A stretch of DNA of 64,000 bases, taken from Piedraia hortae CBS 480.64. Taxonomy: Eukaryota. Of this stretch, positions 34,988-46,811 are shown piece after piece (position 1 is the first letter of the stretch; every line of letters begins with the position of its first letter). The stretch is from the NCBI GenBank assembly GCA_010093745.1, contig MU005972.1:135170-199169 (forward strand), read 5' to 3'. The position numbers were made by a program, and so were the translations under genes. The notes beneath the pieces are model-generated. The model was not told the DNA's origin and made no database searches. It was given only the letters and a program-made list of their open reading frames with translations.

Positions 34988-36542
34988 CTACAGCCTGGCC
35001 TTGACAAGCATAGGGAGCGGCGGTGGCAGTTTGGCCTCCAGCTCGACCGTGTTCAGCCACTCGGTTCTGCCTCTGACGCCGTCGAGGTTGGTGATTCCGC
35101 AGAGCTTCATTGCTGTGCCAAGTTCGTCTTGCAGAACTGTCTTTTATCAGTCATCGTTTTCGGCTTCTTGTATACCAACCTACTCTCAGCACATGCTAAA
35201 GGTCCTTTATCGTCCCAGGCAAGTGAATATTGGAATGGTCGACCAATTCCGACGCCTCTTGCACCGAGGATGACAGCTTTGAGGATGTCGCTGCCTCGCC
35301 GCACACCGCCGTCGACGAAGACCTCAATCTTGTCAAATATATGCGGAGCGTCTCTCCGGACCTCCAGCAACACCTCCAATGTACTGGGGGCAGTGTCCAG
35401 TGCTCTTCCGCCGTGATTTGATATCACAATACCCTGGCAGCCCGCCTCTAGAGCCTTGACAGCATCAAGCGGCGATTGAATGCCCTTGATAACAATCGGT
35501 AGCTTCGTCGCCTTTTTCAACCACACCAAATCCTTCCAAGAAAAGGTCGAGTCAATGAAGCCGCCAGTGGTTCGGGCAACGCCGGCACCCTTTTCATCAA
35601 TTTTGGGTCCTTGATGACCTGGTCTGACCAGGTTCTGCGGCGCGGAGCTGATCCTTTCATCAGCCTCCCGCTTTGACACGACAGGAAGGTCGACGGTGAC
35701 AAAGACACCTTTCACCTGTGGCAATGCCTCGACCTGTCGTAGTAGGGCCTCGCTCTTCGCTCGGTTTTTGTCGACATAAAGCTGGAAGAAGTAATTCGCC
35801 TGCGGTGCGGCGGCCACAACTTCGGTAATGTCGTAACTTGCCACCGTGGATACACAGTGGACGATTCCTGAGGCTGCCGCGCAATGTCCCAGAGCCTTCT
35901 CGCCCTGGGGTCCGCCCGTCTTACCCATACCCATAGGCGATATCATGACGGGCATGCTGACCGGCACACCCAGCATGCTGCTCCGCATATCCACGGCTGA
36001 CACATCGTTGAGGATCTGCGGACGAAAACGGATTTGTGACCACGAGGTCAGGTTAGCCTCACGCGTGAGGTTGTCATTTGCGCCGCTGGAGATGTAGGCG
36101 AAGCCCTTTTGATTAGATGACTTTTCGAAGAATGTTTCAAAGTCATGAAGCGATATTATGGACGAAAGGGCCGGTTTGGCATCGTCATCTCCCGTGGCTG
36201 CCTTCTCCAGCTCTGTCTTTTGCGCCTCCAGCCACTCCTCTGTCAAAGTCCCCTCGTCCAATTCGCCTTTTTTCTCCGAATCAGACAGTTCTCTCTCGAT
36301 CAAAGTGGCCGAGTGGAACTCGTTGTATGTCTTGCTACCGTCTCTGCCCGCAAACGCATAAAGGACTGCTTACAGTTAGACATCTTCCTGGTGCTAGAAC
36401 ACTTTTGTTAATGTTTACCATCTGCCCCTCCAGGATGGTTGGGAGCGAAATTGGTCAAGTCATAGACTTTACCGTTGACAACGATCCACAAATCGTCGGG
36501 TGACGAGTGTTTGATGATTTCGCTAACGGATACTCTGGTCAT
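34988..36542 (-). CDS. Flavocytochrome b2-type FMN alpha-hydroxy acid dehydrogenase (cytochrome b5 domain plus FMN domain), two introns, ends in -ARL
   Basis: WIVVNGKVYDLT.F..HPGG b5 motif; FFQLY, SNHGGRALD, DGGVRRGSD; spliced C-terminus ..VKARL*. Confidence 0.9.
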
Positions 36543-37645
36543 TGCTGTTCTTGTGTTTCCTGTTTCTTTTCCCCGCATCGAACTAGGGACCGGGAAGTCA
36601 AGCTGAAAGTGACTGGCAGGTACTACATTGGACCAACAGGTGCAAAAACCGTTGCCTATACCCTGGGTAAACCCGAGATGCCTAGTGCGTCCTCATTTCA
36701 CATCACTCAATCCTTGAAGTCCTGTAGGATAGCTTCGAACAGGGCAATACCCGTTGCTCCGTTCGAAGCCATCACAGCCCTATATTGGTGAGAAGGATTC
36801 ATCGTAGCAGGTAATATATATCGATTGGAACAGAAAATGGCAATCTTCCCAGACGAGAAATAAAGCACGCTACAATTTACGGATATACCCATGAACCTGT
36901 GCACAGGCCTGCGTCCTCCCCTCGTAGTTGAAGGACGGTCTGGAAGGAAGAGAGACGTGATGTTTGTTTCTGGACATTGTCAACAAGCCTTCATCTCACT
37001 TTGTACGAGCTTGGGTCTCGACATCGCTGACTGCTCCTTATGCAGGATATCGCTTGAACAGTTGGAAAAAAGGGTTAGAGGACGGTATCCCATTGCAATA
37101 CATGTGTCACGCACGATCTTGTGGATCACACATTGGATCCTCAGGAGTTCGATTCCTTGGCGGCTACTATCCTCTCGACCAGTGGGGGACCAAGCTGGAT
37201 TATCAAGACACATTTGACATCTGTTTTCATAGTCGAAGCAGATATCGTAGCCACTAAAGCCTCTGTCGTATATAGTTGTACTGTCCCAACAGTGTCATTC
37301 ACAGGAGGCCGGGGGGGGGGGCCGAAGGGATCCAAGGATGCGGCCTGCGCCACGCTATAATGTCTAAACGACTACATGGAACAACGCATGGAGAGGAGCC
37401 AAGGCAGTTGCTCGGATGGTGGCGATTCCTGACGGAGGGAAAAACCTCATGATTACATATGATTGGACCCGTGATCCAGAAAGTTGGGGCTTGGTATGAT
37501 ATTCTATATGGCCCTCGGGAGTGCATATAGTCAGGGCGATGATTGGATGGGGTGTTGCATTAGTTGCTGGGGAACGCCACAGTGCACCATGACATTGATG
37601 TGGCCTTGGGTTAAGTGCCAGGAAAAAGGTAGAATGGTGTGCGGT

Positions 37646-38993
37646 CTACAACACGCAGAATGCCTTAGACGCAACCAATCGCTCCCTCCCTTTGCCTGTA
37701 TTCGTCATTTTCAGTTGAGCCGTGGCACCAACGAAATACACATAACCTTCTTTCAGCTCTTTCGTGGTCGAGCCCACGGTTATCGTGCCATTCCCCTGAG
37801 TGCAAATGACCACCGACGGTCCTTCAATAGGCTCGAAGGTAACGCTAGCCCCCGGCAAATCTAGCGTCATCCGCACCACGCTGAACTCCTCGATTGGAGG
37901 GTCATAAAGTGTTGCTGTGCCAGTTCCTTTACTGCTAAACTTGCAGTTATCGTAATTGGATGGCTTCATCATCTGCTCAGTAAACGGAGCGTAGTTGTAC
38001 GTCAGCATACTAGTCAATGTGTCTACGTCTTTGAACTTGGGCGTAAACCCAGCTCGTACCACGTTATCCGAAGACGCCATGCACTCTAGCATGTCCCCAC
38101 AAATGTATGCATGGATGTCGTCTGCTCGTAAAAACATAGCGTCTCCTGGCTGTAATTTGATGTAATTCAAGAAAAGCACGACGAAAAGCCCAATATCGGC
38201 CGGAAACTGGTCATTTAGACGAATGATCACGTTCGCCAGCTCGTCACACGATGGAATATTTTCGTCACCGCCAGCAAAGCGCGGGCCTTCATCTTGCGCT
38301 TGTTTGAGAAGCTTTGAGGCCGCTTGTTTGACATCATCTGAAGACGATTTCATCAGACTTGTGAATGCATTTTTCAAAGCTATTTTGCCATCAGATTGTC
38401 GAATGTGAGACGCTCCCTCTAAAGCTTTTGCTTCTTCATCGCCAACCAGCTGACGAAGGCTGGGAACAGCTTTCAAAAAATGCGCAATTTCCTTTAGCGG
38501 CCGAAAGCCGCAAAGGCCTTCCACAGGTGAGATCGCAATGACCATTTCTGGCTTATGGTTATCATCCGGATAGTTTTTAGGATCGCGATCATGAAGCTGT
38601 TTGGCCAGACTTTTGTTGGGATGGGCCTGGATACTCGCAGCTGTTCTCATACTTAGCACTTTGAACAGAAAAGGCAACCGATTTCCGTATTTCTGTGCGA
38701 TTTCCGGCGACAAAAGCATCTGGTTGTCCTGCACCAAGTCTAGGAGGGTGCAGCCGGTGTCAGCATCCTTCGAAGGATTAGAAGGGTGTGTTCCCATCCA
38801 AAGCTCGGCATACGGTCGATCCTCTTGAATGGTGAAATCAGGGGATGACGCTGCCGCATACCGAGCAGCAGCACTGTCACTCCCTTTCTTGCCCCAGTCG
38901 TAGCTGTTGCAATCTGGAAAGCTGTCTCAATAATCACTCAACATCGCACGACAGCTACTCACTGCATTGCAAACGAACAAGAGGTAGTTGCAT
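37646..38993 (-). CDS. PMI40: Mannose-6-phosphate isomerase; one 5' intron
   Basis: [59 protein letters not shown]. Confidence 0.96.
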
Positions 38994-39676
38994 GTTTTGT
39001 TCATCAAGCGAGCGATTAGTCAGGATCTTTGACTTCTTACAAGGTTGCGGCTGATAGATGCAGGCAAACTCAAGAATGAGGCTATCCAACGTTTCGAAGG
39101 CGTCGTGGATGATGTCATTCTCCTGACTACACTCCTCTCAGCTTTGGTAGAACGCCACGTCAATCAACCCAATCGAACGATCAAGCAAGAAGTTTACTTA
39201 TTGATTCGAGACTGGGCATAGCTTTAGAAACCTATGCCCGTGTAGGAAGTTTGGATGGCAGCTCGCGATGGGAGGTCGACGGCATACATGCTTTCGGCCA
39301 TCAGACAACCTGAAAAGGCTCGAGTGGGATGATCTTCGTAGATGAAATGGGTCACAGGAAGAAATCAAAAAGTAAACGTGCTGATTTGCAGTAGTCATGA
39401 CCACCATAAAGGCTGTGTTTGACCAATCTCCTAAAAACACGGTAAAGGAGAATGACATAGCAAAGTGGGATGGCACCCGTCAATATTGGTCCTAGCGGGT
39501 AGCGAGTCTTGGCGGATTACGTTCACAATTGCATCTTTTATTTCGTCACTTTTGCAATCCCGCAGAAGTGCTGCCCACCTTCTCGCCTCCGCCCGACCAC
39601 GCTTGGCTATGCGGGGGGTTGTCACCACTTGAGCATTCACATCACTTGGTGACCTCTTCGGGTCAAGCCGCACCTA

Positions 39677-42097
39677 ATGCGGATTCGAGCAAGTTGGGAA
39701 TTCGGATGCTTAAACCCGTGCTGCGACGCTTCAACCTCCCCACCTCTAACATTGGGTCCGCCAACCCCGTCAAGCTCAGGCTCTGATAGCTCTTCTCACA
39801 CTAGTCCACCCTCAGCTGTTGGTCCACAGGTTCTGCCAGCCTGGGCGGAATTTGCTGACCACCTCGATTGCTACGTCGACGACATGGTGCATCGTCGCCA
39901 TCGAACCCGCAAGCCCGCCGCGGCTCTGCCCCAGGGCCGAATGCCGATCGGAACGTGGAATTCACACCCGGTTCGTTGCAGTGAAGATGGCCTCCGCCCT
40001 GGTAGCAGCTCCGCTGCTGCTCCTTCCGATAACGATGACAACACGTCTCTCTCTTCCTCGCCCGGCGGGGTGAGGCTTTGGAACGATCAGCCGGATGCGG
40101 CTGATGATCATGATGTCGGCTACCAGCAGATATCCTACCCGGTGAATCGCCTCCACGATGGATTGTCTCCAGTTTCGTTGGGGCACACGCCAGGCCTGCA
40201 TTCCGTCGCACAGGACGATGGCCCGGTGATCTATGGCAACAAGGTGGTAGGCCCAGAGTATGTCAAGGCCAAACATGGGAAAGCGAACGGCGAAGTGCAG
40301 TTCGCGGTCCATCGAAATGGTGACATTTCAGCACAGCAATGGTCCCAAGCTCGTGGACTCTGGGAGATCATTGGCCAATATTCCTACGCCCGACAGAGGA
40401 CAGAGGGCCAGCTTGCAGCTGACAGGCTGAAAGGCGAGACAACGGTTCACGCGCTCCAAAAGGATTCGTTTCCCTACTTTTGTGCCGTTGCTAAACAGCG
40501 CGAACTCGTTGCCTCTGGCAACACGTCACTGGATTTTACGGCACTGCTAGACGCTAGCTTGCACAAATACACCTACATGGAACCCTCAGGCAAGGAGGAG
40601 CCACATCCGCAGCCACTGGTGGGAAACCACGGAGCTGAGCGCCAGCGCTTCAACCAGTCTTCTGCGCAAGAATCTGTCGGAGCTTGGCGTCTGCCGATCC
40701 CGCAGCACAACCTCAGCAACTCATTCGCCTTTGCCAGTCGCTTCAACAATCCATATCCCAGCTCGGACTACGGCTATATGAATGGCACGATAGGGTATCA
40801 ACGAGAGACGCCGATATATGGTGATGCCGTTCCCGACTCAGCCGCCCGTTTGCGCTGCCAGGCGCCGGTGTGGATGAGTACCAACAGCAACTCGGCGTTC
40901 AATCCGCAAATGTTGTCGAACGTGCGTGGTGATATGGTGAAACACATTGCGGAACGGACGCACATGCGTTCTCACGGTTTGTTGGCAGAAGAGCAGCCCA
41001 AGACTTATAGTCAAAACATGCAGTCGCCCCTTGTTCTCATGGGGGAGTCTCCGAGCCGCAATTCTTCATACATTGCCACTCCGTTCCGCGGCCATCGCCC
41101 GGCGAATTTGTTCAGTGCTCAACAAGTGCCCGATCCATACGGCACCCCTCAGCACAACCAAGTCCAGTATGCACAAACGCCTAGCCCTATTGCATCGTTT
41201 AATCAGCAGGATCTCAAGAAAACGGTTGCTAATCCCAGCGGCGTTGTCCCGCCTCGCGAATATGGGAACGAATCGCAGTATCCTGTGCAGCACCACATGT
41301 ACACAGCCAGGAACATGGGAACAGGCCCGTTTGCTAACAAGAAGTCAAAGACTGTCGCAGAGATGGGAGTTGTGGGAGGGCATGTTTTTGTTACTAACCA
41401 GGGACGCACAACGGAACAGAAAGAGCCAGAGCCAAAAGTTGAGTTGATCAAGCCTTTTTCCAACGAACCGATTCGTACAATTGAGGAGCTTGATGATGAG
41501 TTGCTGCGTGGATGGAAGCCGAAAATTTCGCGCCACGATGACCCTCACTTGTGGAGCGAATTCCATGATAAGCTTGTGGCTGATTACAAGGCTGGGCTCC
41601 CAAAAGACCAGAAATATGAGAATTACGACCTTTTCAGTGCTGCATGTAGGAAGAAGACTTCTCAATGGCATGACAGCCTCTATGAGCGCGTCCTAGAGGG
41701 CGCGAAACTGATGGGAGATCATTCTGGGATCATCTATTTGCCTTCGGCAGAGAATGGCCGCGAGCCCGTGAGCGTTACGCGTTCGGTCCTGCCCTTCTTC
41801 GAGAATATGGTTCATTACCATGCCAAGATTCCTGGCTACGGTGATAACTGGGGCACGGCGCCACAGTGTGCCATTGATCTATCGCCAACCGGAAACCATT
41901 CATTTTTCGGAGACGCTGCTCAGAAGACAACGGATGTCAAGACTGATAATGGCCATCCTGAGGATGCGGGCGCTGAAGCGAATACGAGCATGGAAGATGC
42001 AGAGACCAAGGTTAACATGTGGCTCACGGGGACTCTAGGTGGTACTAAAAGCAAGGCTGCGATGGGTAAGGCCCCGAACAGACGTCAACGAGATTAA
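39677..42097 (+). CDS. Hypothetical low-complexity protein (true start possibly 39884)
   Basis: 806-codon ORF; no family recognised. Confidence 0.7.
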   Translation: MRIRASWEFGCLNPCCDASTSPPLTLGPPTPSSSGSDSSSHTSPPSAVGPQVLPAWAEFADHLDCYVDDMVHRRHRTRKPAAALPQGRMPIGTWNSHPVRCSEDGLRPGSSSAAAPSDNDDNTSLSSSPGGVRLWNDQPDAADDHDVGYQQISYPVNRLHDGLSPVSLGHTPGLHSVAQDDGPVIYGNKVVGPEYVKAKHGKANGEVQFAVHRNGDISAQQWSQARGLWEIIGQYSYARQRTEGQLAADRLKGETTVHALQKDSFPYFCAVAKQRELVASGNTSLDFTALLDASLHKYTYMEPSGKEEPHPQPLVGNHGAERQRFNQSSAQESVGAWRLPIPQHNLSNSFAFASRFNNPYPSSDYGYMNGTIGYQRETPIYGDAVPDSAARLRCQAPVWMSTNSNSAFNPQMLSNVRGDMVKHIAERTHMRSHGLLAEEQPKTYSQNMQSPLVLMGESPSRNSSYIATPFRGHRPANLFSAQQVPDPYGTPQHNQVQYAQTPSPIASFNQQDLKKTVANPSGVVPPREYGNESQYPVQHHMYTARNMGTGPFANKKSKTVAEMGVVGGHVFVTNQGRTTEQKEPEPKVELIKPFSNEPIRTIEELDDELLRGWKPKISRHDDPHLWSEFHDKLVADYKAGLPKDQKYENYDLFSAACRKKTSQWHDSLYERVLEGAKLMGDHSGIIYLPSAENGREPVSVTRSVLPFFENMVHYHAKIPGYGDNWGTAPQCAIDLSPTGNHSFFGDAAQKTTDVKTDNGHPEDAGAEANTSMEDAETKVNMWLTGTLGGTKSKAAMGKAPNRRQRD

Positions 42098-42168
42098 CGT
42101 GTGGCTTACAGGAACTCTGAGTGGTACCAAAGCACGGTTGCAATGGGCAAGACACCAGACAGACATTA
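42011..42168 (+). repeat. Diverged tandem duplication of about 82 bp spanning the stop codon
   Basis: TTAACATGTGGCTCACGGGGACTCT.. recurs as TTAACGTGTGGCTTACAGGAACTCT.. Confidence 0.8.
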
Positions 42169-42583
42169 AATTAGTAACCACTTCAGAAATATAATGTCTT
42201 ATAGTTCTCAATCCTTTTTTTCCATTTCTCACGTTGCATCTAAGTTGTGGAAGGACAATATCTCGCTAGACGTTTTGCAAGACTTCCATGCACCACTGAT
42301 ATCGAATAAAGTTTTTCAAGGCGCACCCCGCAACAATTACTGGCCAATCACAGGGCCGTTTAGACGAGCTTGGTGGTTGCCTTTTCCCCACGTCCAACCA
42401 ACCAATCACTAACCCCTTCTTAAGCTAGCGCCGATGACGTTATCGCAATCTAAACATTAAAAAAGTTTTGATACTCTACTCAAGATAAATTCATAGGTAG
42501 CATCTAGGGGACCAATGGAGCGATATCTCGGATCTCTTTAAGCGGCCTGAAAACAACAACTCCAATCTCGAGACAGATTCAAG

Positions 42584-44155
42584 ATGAATGAGCAAAAGAC
42601 GAAACAGACATTCCTAGCATCTATCCTGTGCGAGGGACACATTCATCTGATTATCGGTTCTAATGTGCTTGCTTCAGCACGATGTAGACGCTCTCTTCAA
42701 ACTGGAGCGAGGCCTATACTTATCGCACCAGACCCCGAGACAAATTTGCCTGAAGGGCTGGCGAGCGGGATCGAAGATGGCAGCATACGGTGGCTTAAGA
42801 GAACTTTCCACAAGGACGATCTCAAAACACTCGGTCGGGCAGACGTTGACAACTACGTGGACGCTGTCTTCATTACTACACCTGGAGAGGATGCCGCGTA
42901 CATCTCATCGCTGTGCAAGAGGCTGAGGATCCCGATCAACGTAACAGACTCCCCCGAGTTGAGCACGTTTACACCGTTGTCGACGTACACATCTGGTCCG
43001 CTGCAGGTTGGTGTCACGACATCTGGAAATGGTTGTGCATTGGCGGCGAGAATTAGGAGGGAGATTACCGCTTTCTTGCCGCAGAATCTTGGTCAAGCCG
43101 TGCAGAGGCTTGGGGACGTGAGACGGACGATTAAAGAGTATGATAATGTGCGGTTTCTGGGCGAGGAGGGGGAGGAGTTTGGTCAAAGTGCAGATTTTAA
43201 TAAGCTGCTAAGGGACGAACAGGAAGTTGCGAAAACTAGGAGGGCGAGGTGGCTAGCACAGGTGTGCGAATACTGGCCGCTAAGTCGTCTTGCTGAGGTT
43301 ACAGATGAGGATGTGAATGCTTTGCTTGAGGATTATAAAAGCAAGCCACTGGTCAATGGTGGAGGCCAAGTTAAAGGCAAAGGGAGGATTATCCTGGCCG
43401 GTGCGGGGCCAGGCCATCCGGATTTGCTGACCGTAGCCACACTCAAGGCTATCCGCAATGCGGACTTGATTCTGGCGGACAAATTGGTGCCCGCACCCGT
43501 GTTGGAGTTGGTCCCTAGGCGCACCCCGGTGCGGATTGCGAGAAAGTTTCCAGGCAACGCTGATGCGGCGCAGGAGGAACTGCACCGCATAGGGCTAGAG
43601 GCTATGGAGGAGGGAAAGACGGTTGTGCGGTTGAAACAGGGAGATCCGTATCTCTACGGCAGAGGGGCAGAAGAAGTGGACTTTTTCCGGGGCCATGGCT
43701 ACGAAGCCACCGTCTTACCTGGCATTACGAGCTCGTTGAGTGCGCCGCTTTTTGCCAAAATACCCGCGACGCACAGATGCGTCAGTGACCAAATAGTAAT
43801 TTGCACAGGGACGGGAAGAAAGGGCGCCAGCCCAGAGCCACCCTTTTTCCGTCCAAATCAGACGGTTGTTTTTTTGATGGCGCTGCACCGACTACGGAAT
43901 CTCGTTGCGAGCCTGACGAGCGAGGGTGGTTATCCTCGCAGCACGCAGTGTGCCATTATCGAGCGGGCATCATGTCCGGACCAGCGCGTTATTAGAACTA
44001 CCCTAGAACATGTGGATGCGGCATTTGAGGAAGCCGGCAGTCGTCCTCCGGGTTTGCTGGTGGTGGGGGCGGTGTGTGGGGTGCTGGCGGCCGCTAGCCC
44101 GAAGTGGAGCATCGACGATGGCTTCCGGTTGGACGACATCTATATGTGGGGTTGA
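42584..44155 (+). CDS. MET1: Uroporphyrinogen-III C-methyltransferase (siroheme synthase-type)
   Basis: GAGPGHPDLLT, ADLILADKLV, VVRLKQGDP..YGRG.EE, IERASCPDQR; N-terminal CysG-like domain. Confidence 0.93.
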   Translation: MNEQKTKQTFLASILCEGHIHLIIGSNVLASARCRRSLQTGARPILIAPDPETNLPEGLASGIEDGSIRWLKRTFHKDDLKTLGRADVDNYVDAVFITTPGEDAAYISSLCKRLRIPINVTDSPELSTFTPLSTYTSGPLQVGVTTSGNGCALAARIRREITAFLPQNLGQAVQRLGDVRRTIKEYDNVRFLGEEGEEFGQSADFNKLLRDEQEVAKTRRARWLAQVCEYWPLSRLAEVTDEDVNALLEDYKSKPLVNGGGQVKGKGRIILAGAGPGHPDLLTVATLKAIRNADLILADKLVPAPVLELVPRRTPVRIARKFPGNADAAQEELHRIGLEAMEEGKTVVRLKQGDPYLYGRGAEEVDFFRGHGYEATVLPGITSSLSAPLFAKIPATHRCVSDQIVICTGTGRKGASPEPPFFRPNQTVVFLMALHRLRNLVASLTSEGGYPRSTQCAIIERASCPDQRVIRTTLEHVDAAFEEAGSRPPGLLVVGAVCGVLAAASPKWSIDDGFRLDDIYMWG

Positions 44156-44224
44156 CGACGATCGTCGCGTCGTCAGGGGATCTACGTGCCAACCGCTAAA
44201 GAAGCTCACTGAGACCTCGACACA

Positions 44225-46472
44225 CTGGCAGAGTGCGTTCCTCACATATCCACATGTCTCTTTCTGACTCTCCAGCTTTCTCTTTTCCAACGGCTGGGCC
44301 AGCAATGGCATTTCGGCCCTTGTCTCGCGTCCCTCGGCCCTGATCCGGCCGCGACAGATCCAAAGCATGACGGTCGTGCAGCCCTCGCGCGAGCGCGACG
44401 AGGTCATGGACACCCGCACACCCTCACCCGGCCAGGACGCCCCGGCGGATCTCAGCGCAGAAGTGGCCACGCTGAGCACAAAGCTCGTTAATGCAATCAA
44501 CCACCAGACAAATCTCGACGATTCGTTGCAGAGCACACGACTCGAGCTGGAGAAGACACAACAGGAGCTTGCGCGCGTGCGGCAGGAGGCCACCAATGAG
44601 GTAGCGCAATTACGACAAGAGCTGAGCCGGGAGCGCGCGAGGCGCGATGAGGCCGAACGGCAGCGCAAGCAAACCGAGGGTGAGCTTGAAAATCTAACCA
44701 CTGCACTGTTTGAGGAGGCCAACACTATGGTGGCCGCCGCGCGGAAGGAAGTTGAGGCGGTCGAGCGGCGGAACGGCCAGCTCCGTACACAGCTGTCTGA
44801 CACTGAGGTTCTGCTGGCCAGCCAGACGGAGCAGCTCCACGGTCTTAAGGGCGTCATGGAGCAGCTGGAGCGCGCCAGCGAGACGGAGCGTGACTCCAGC
44901 CTTCCTGCAACTCCCGTCCGCTCCAGCGCTCAATGGGACGCCGATCCCTCATCACCGCTGGATGCACCGTGCGTAGACGTGACATCGTACCCGCCACTGC
45001 ACTTCGCGCAGTTCCTCGTGCCCGCGCTACGCTTTGATGTTGCCGCTTACCATGAGTTTGAGGATCTTCTCGCCATCGGTCGTCGCTCCGGTCCTCATTC
45101 ACGGCATACCAGCGGCGGGACACCTAGCACATCCTCACCCAGTCTCCCCGGCGGCCTTTCCTTCACCACTAGTTCATCTCCAACGCCAAACAATCCCTCA
45201 TCTGTTTTGACGCCACTAAAGGACTCCAAATTCTATAAACGCTCACTGGAAGAAGACATTGAGCCAACCCTCCGACTCGACCTCGCACCAGGCCTCACAT
45301 TTCTCAGCCGCCGGACGGTTCTGGCCTCACTGCTATCAGGCTCCCTCGTTGTTGAGCCTTTTACACCGCAGGAACGTTTCTACAGCCCCGTCTTTGCCTG
45401 TGCCTTGTGCGGCGAGGGACGCAAAGACGAAGTGTACTTGCGAAAACATCGCTTGCGCACCAACGAGGATGAAGGCGCCCAGCGCTATCCGCTCTGCGAC
45501 TACTGCCTTAACCGCGTCCGCGTAGCCGGTGACTTTGTTGGTTTCCTGCGCATGGTACGTGACGGACACTGGAAAGCTGAGGGCGAGGAGGAGCAGCATT
45601 CTGCTTGGGAAGAGTGTGTCAGATTGCGGGAGAGAATGTTCTGGGCCCGCATAGGTGGCGGTGTGGTCTTGAGAAGAAGCGACGACAGGTTCCCTAGACC
45701 GAGCGTTGACGGGTTGACGGCAAGTAGGGATGCTTCCCCAGCCAAAGCAAGGGAAGAGTTGCGAAGAGCAAATAACAGTAATCCTACAGTTACTATCTGG
45801 GAAGCTTCTCCTCCTACTGAAAAGGAAGCCGTGCCGGCTGCAGACAATGAGGATGCAGTTGCAGCAGTCAAAGCACAAGAGCATCCTACAGAGAAACAGG
45901 TTATAGAAACCCCCACCGCAACAATTCCAGAAGAACCTCCCGATCCCACCAATGAAGGCGACACCGTCCCAACAAGCGAACCATCCTCCCCCGAAGAAGC
46001 CTTCTCCACACCAATCAAGCAACCAACATCCTACTCCTTCCCAGAAGAAACCTCCCAACAAAGCAACCCAACCTCCGCCCCTAGGATAAAACGCTTCTCC
46101 ATACCGTGGAGCCCATCCACCGTGCCTCAGAGCCCACCGCGCGCAGGCGCCAGCAGGCGTCCACTCAGCGCAGCAGCAGAACGAACAGGCTCCCCGCGTC
46201 GAACAGCAGATTCAGCGTCCCCATTGCGGCAACCCCTCGTCCGCGAACGAGGGATCTCCTCACCTCCGAACCGCAACCCAGCGCCCGCGTCCCGCACGAA
46301 TTCCTTCCCACAAACAAAGAAAGGTAGCGAGTCACCGACACGGAAATCCCAGAACCAAAGCCAAGCCCAGAGCGTCCGCCCTTCTTCCGTCCTAGCGCGT
46401 GTACGCGCCATGGAGGCCATTTCCGCACAGGAGGGGAATAAATCCGGGAAGTTGCCTGGGTCGTTTACTTGA
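44225..46472 (+). CDS. SEC2: Rab GEF Sec2 (first ATG 44367; candidate CUG start 44225 with intron 44233-44275)
   Basis: LSTKLVNAINHQTNLDD; ELENLTTALFEEANTMVAAAR; EDIEPTLRLD.APGL; C-x2-C pairs; LRERMFWARIGGGV. Confidence 0.92.
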
Positions 46473-46811
46473 TTCCTTCATGCGAGGCTAAACAAAATGT
46501 TTTGTTGTATGTGTACTTTTATTAGAAAGGGGTGGTTAGATAGATGGGAATGGAAAGATGCTATGAGTTTCTCCGTTTATGAAGATACTTGCCTCTACTC
46601 GAGGTGCATGTGCTGCCTTTTTGCATTTGAGTGGGCACTTGTTTTTCGTCTTTCCCAAGCAGAATGGGTTAGTTAAGGCATACCATGAGAGTGAGTTTTG
46701 ACCACAACTTTTCCTTATAGTTACATATACGACTGGTTGAAAAAGTAGACACCGAAAGACGAAACGGATCTACTGTACACATTCTCGATGCCAGTACAAA
46801 GAGACATGTAA

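Noticed and set aside
44003..44857. Long antisense ORFs (for example 44003-44857, 45336-46061, 56640-57239)
   Set aside because: Shadow frames of GC-rich coding genes on the opposite strand; no motifs
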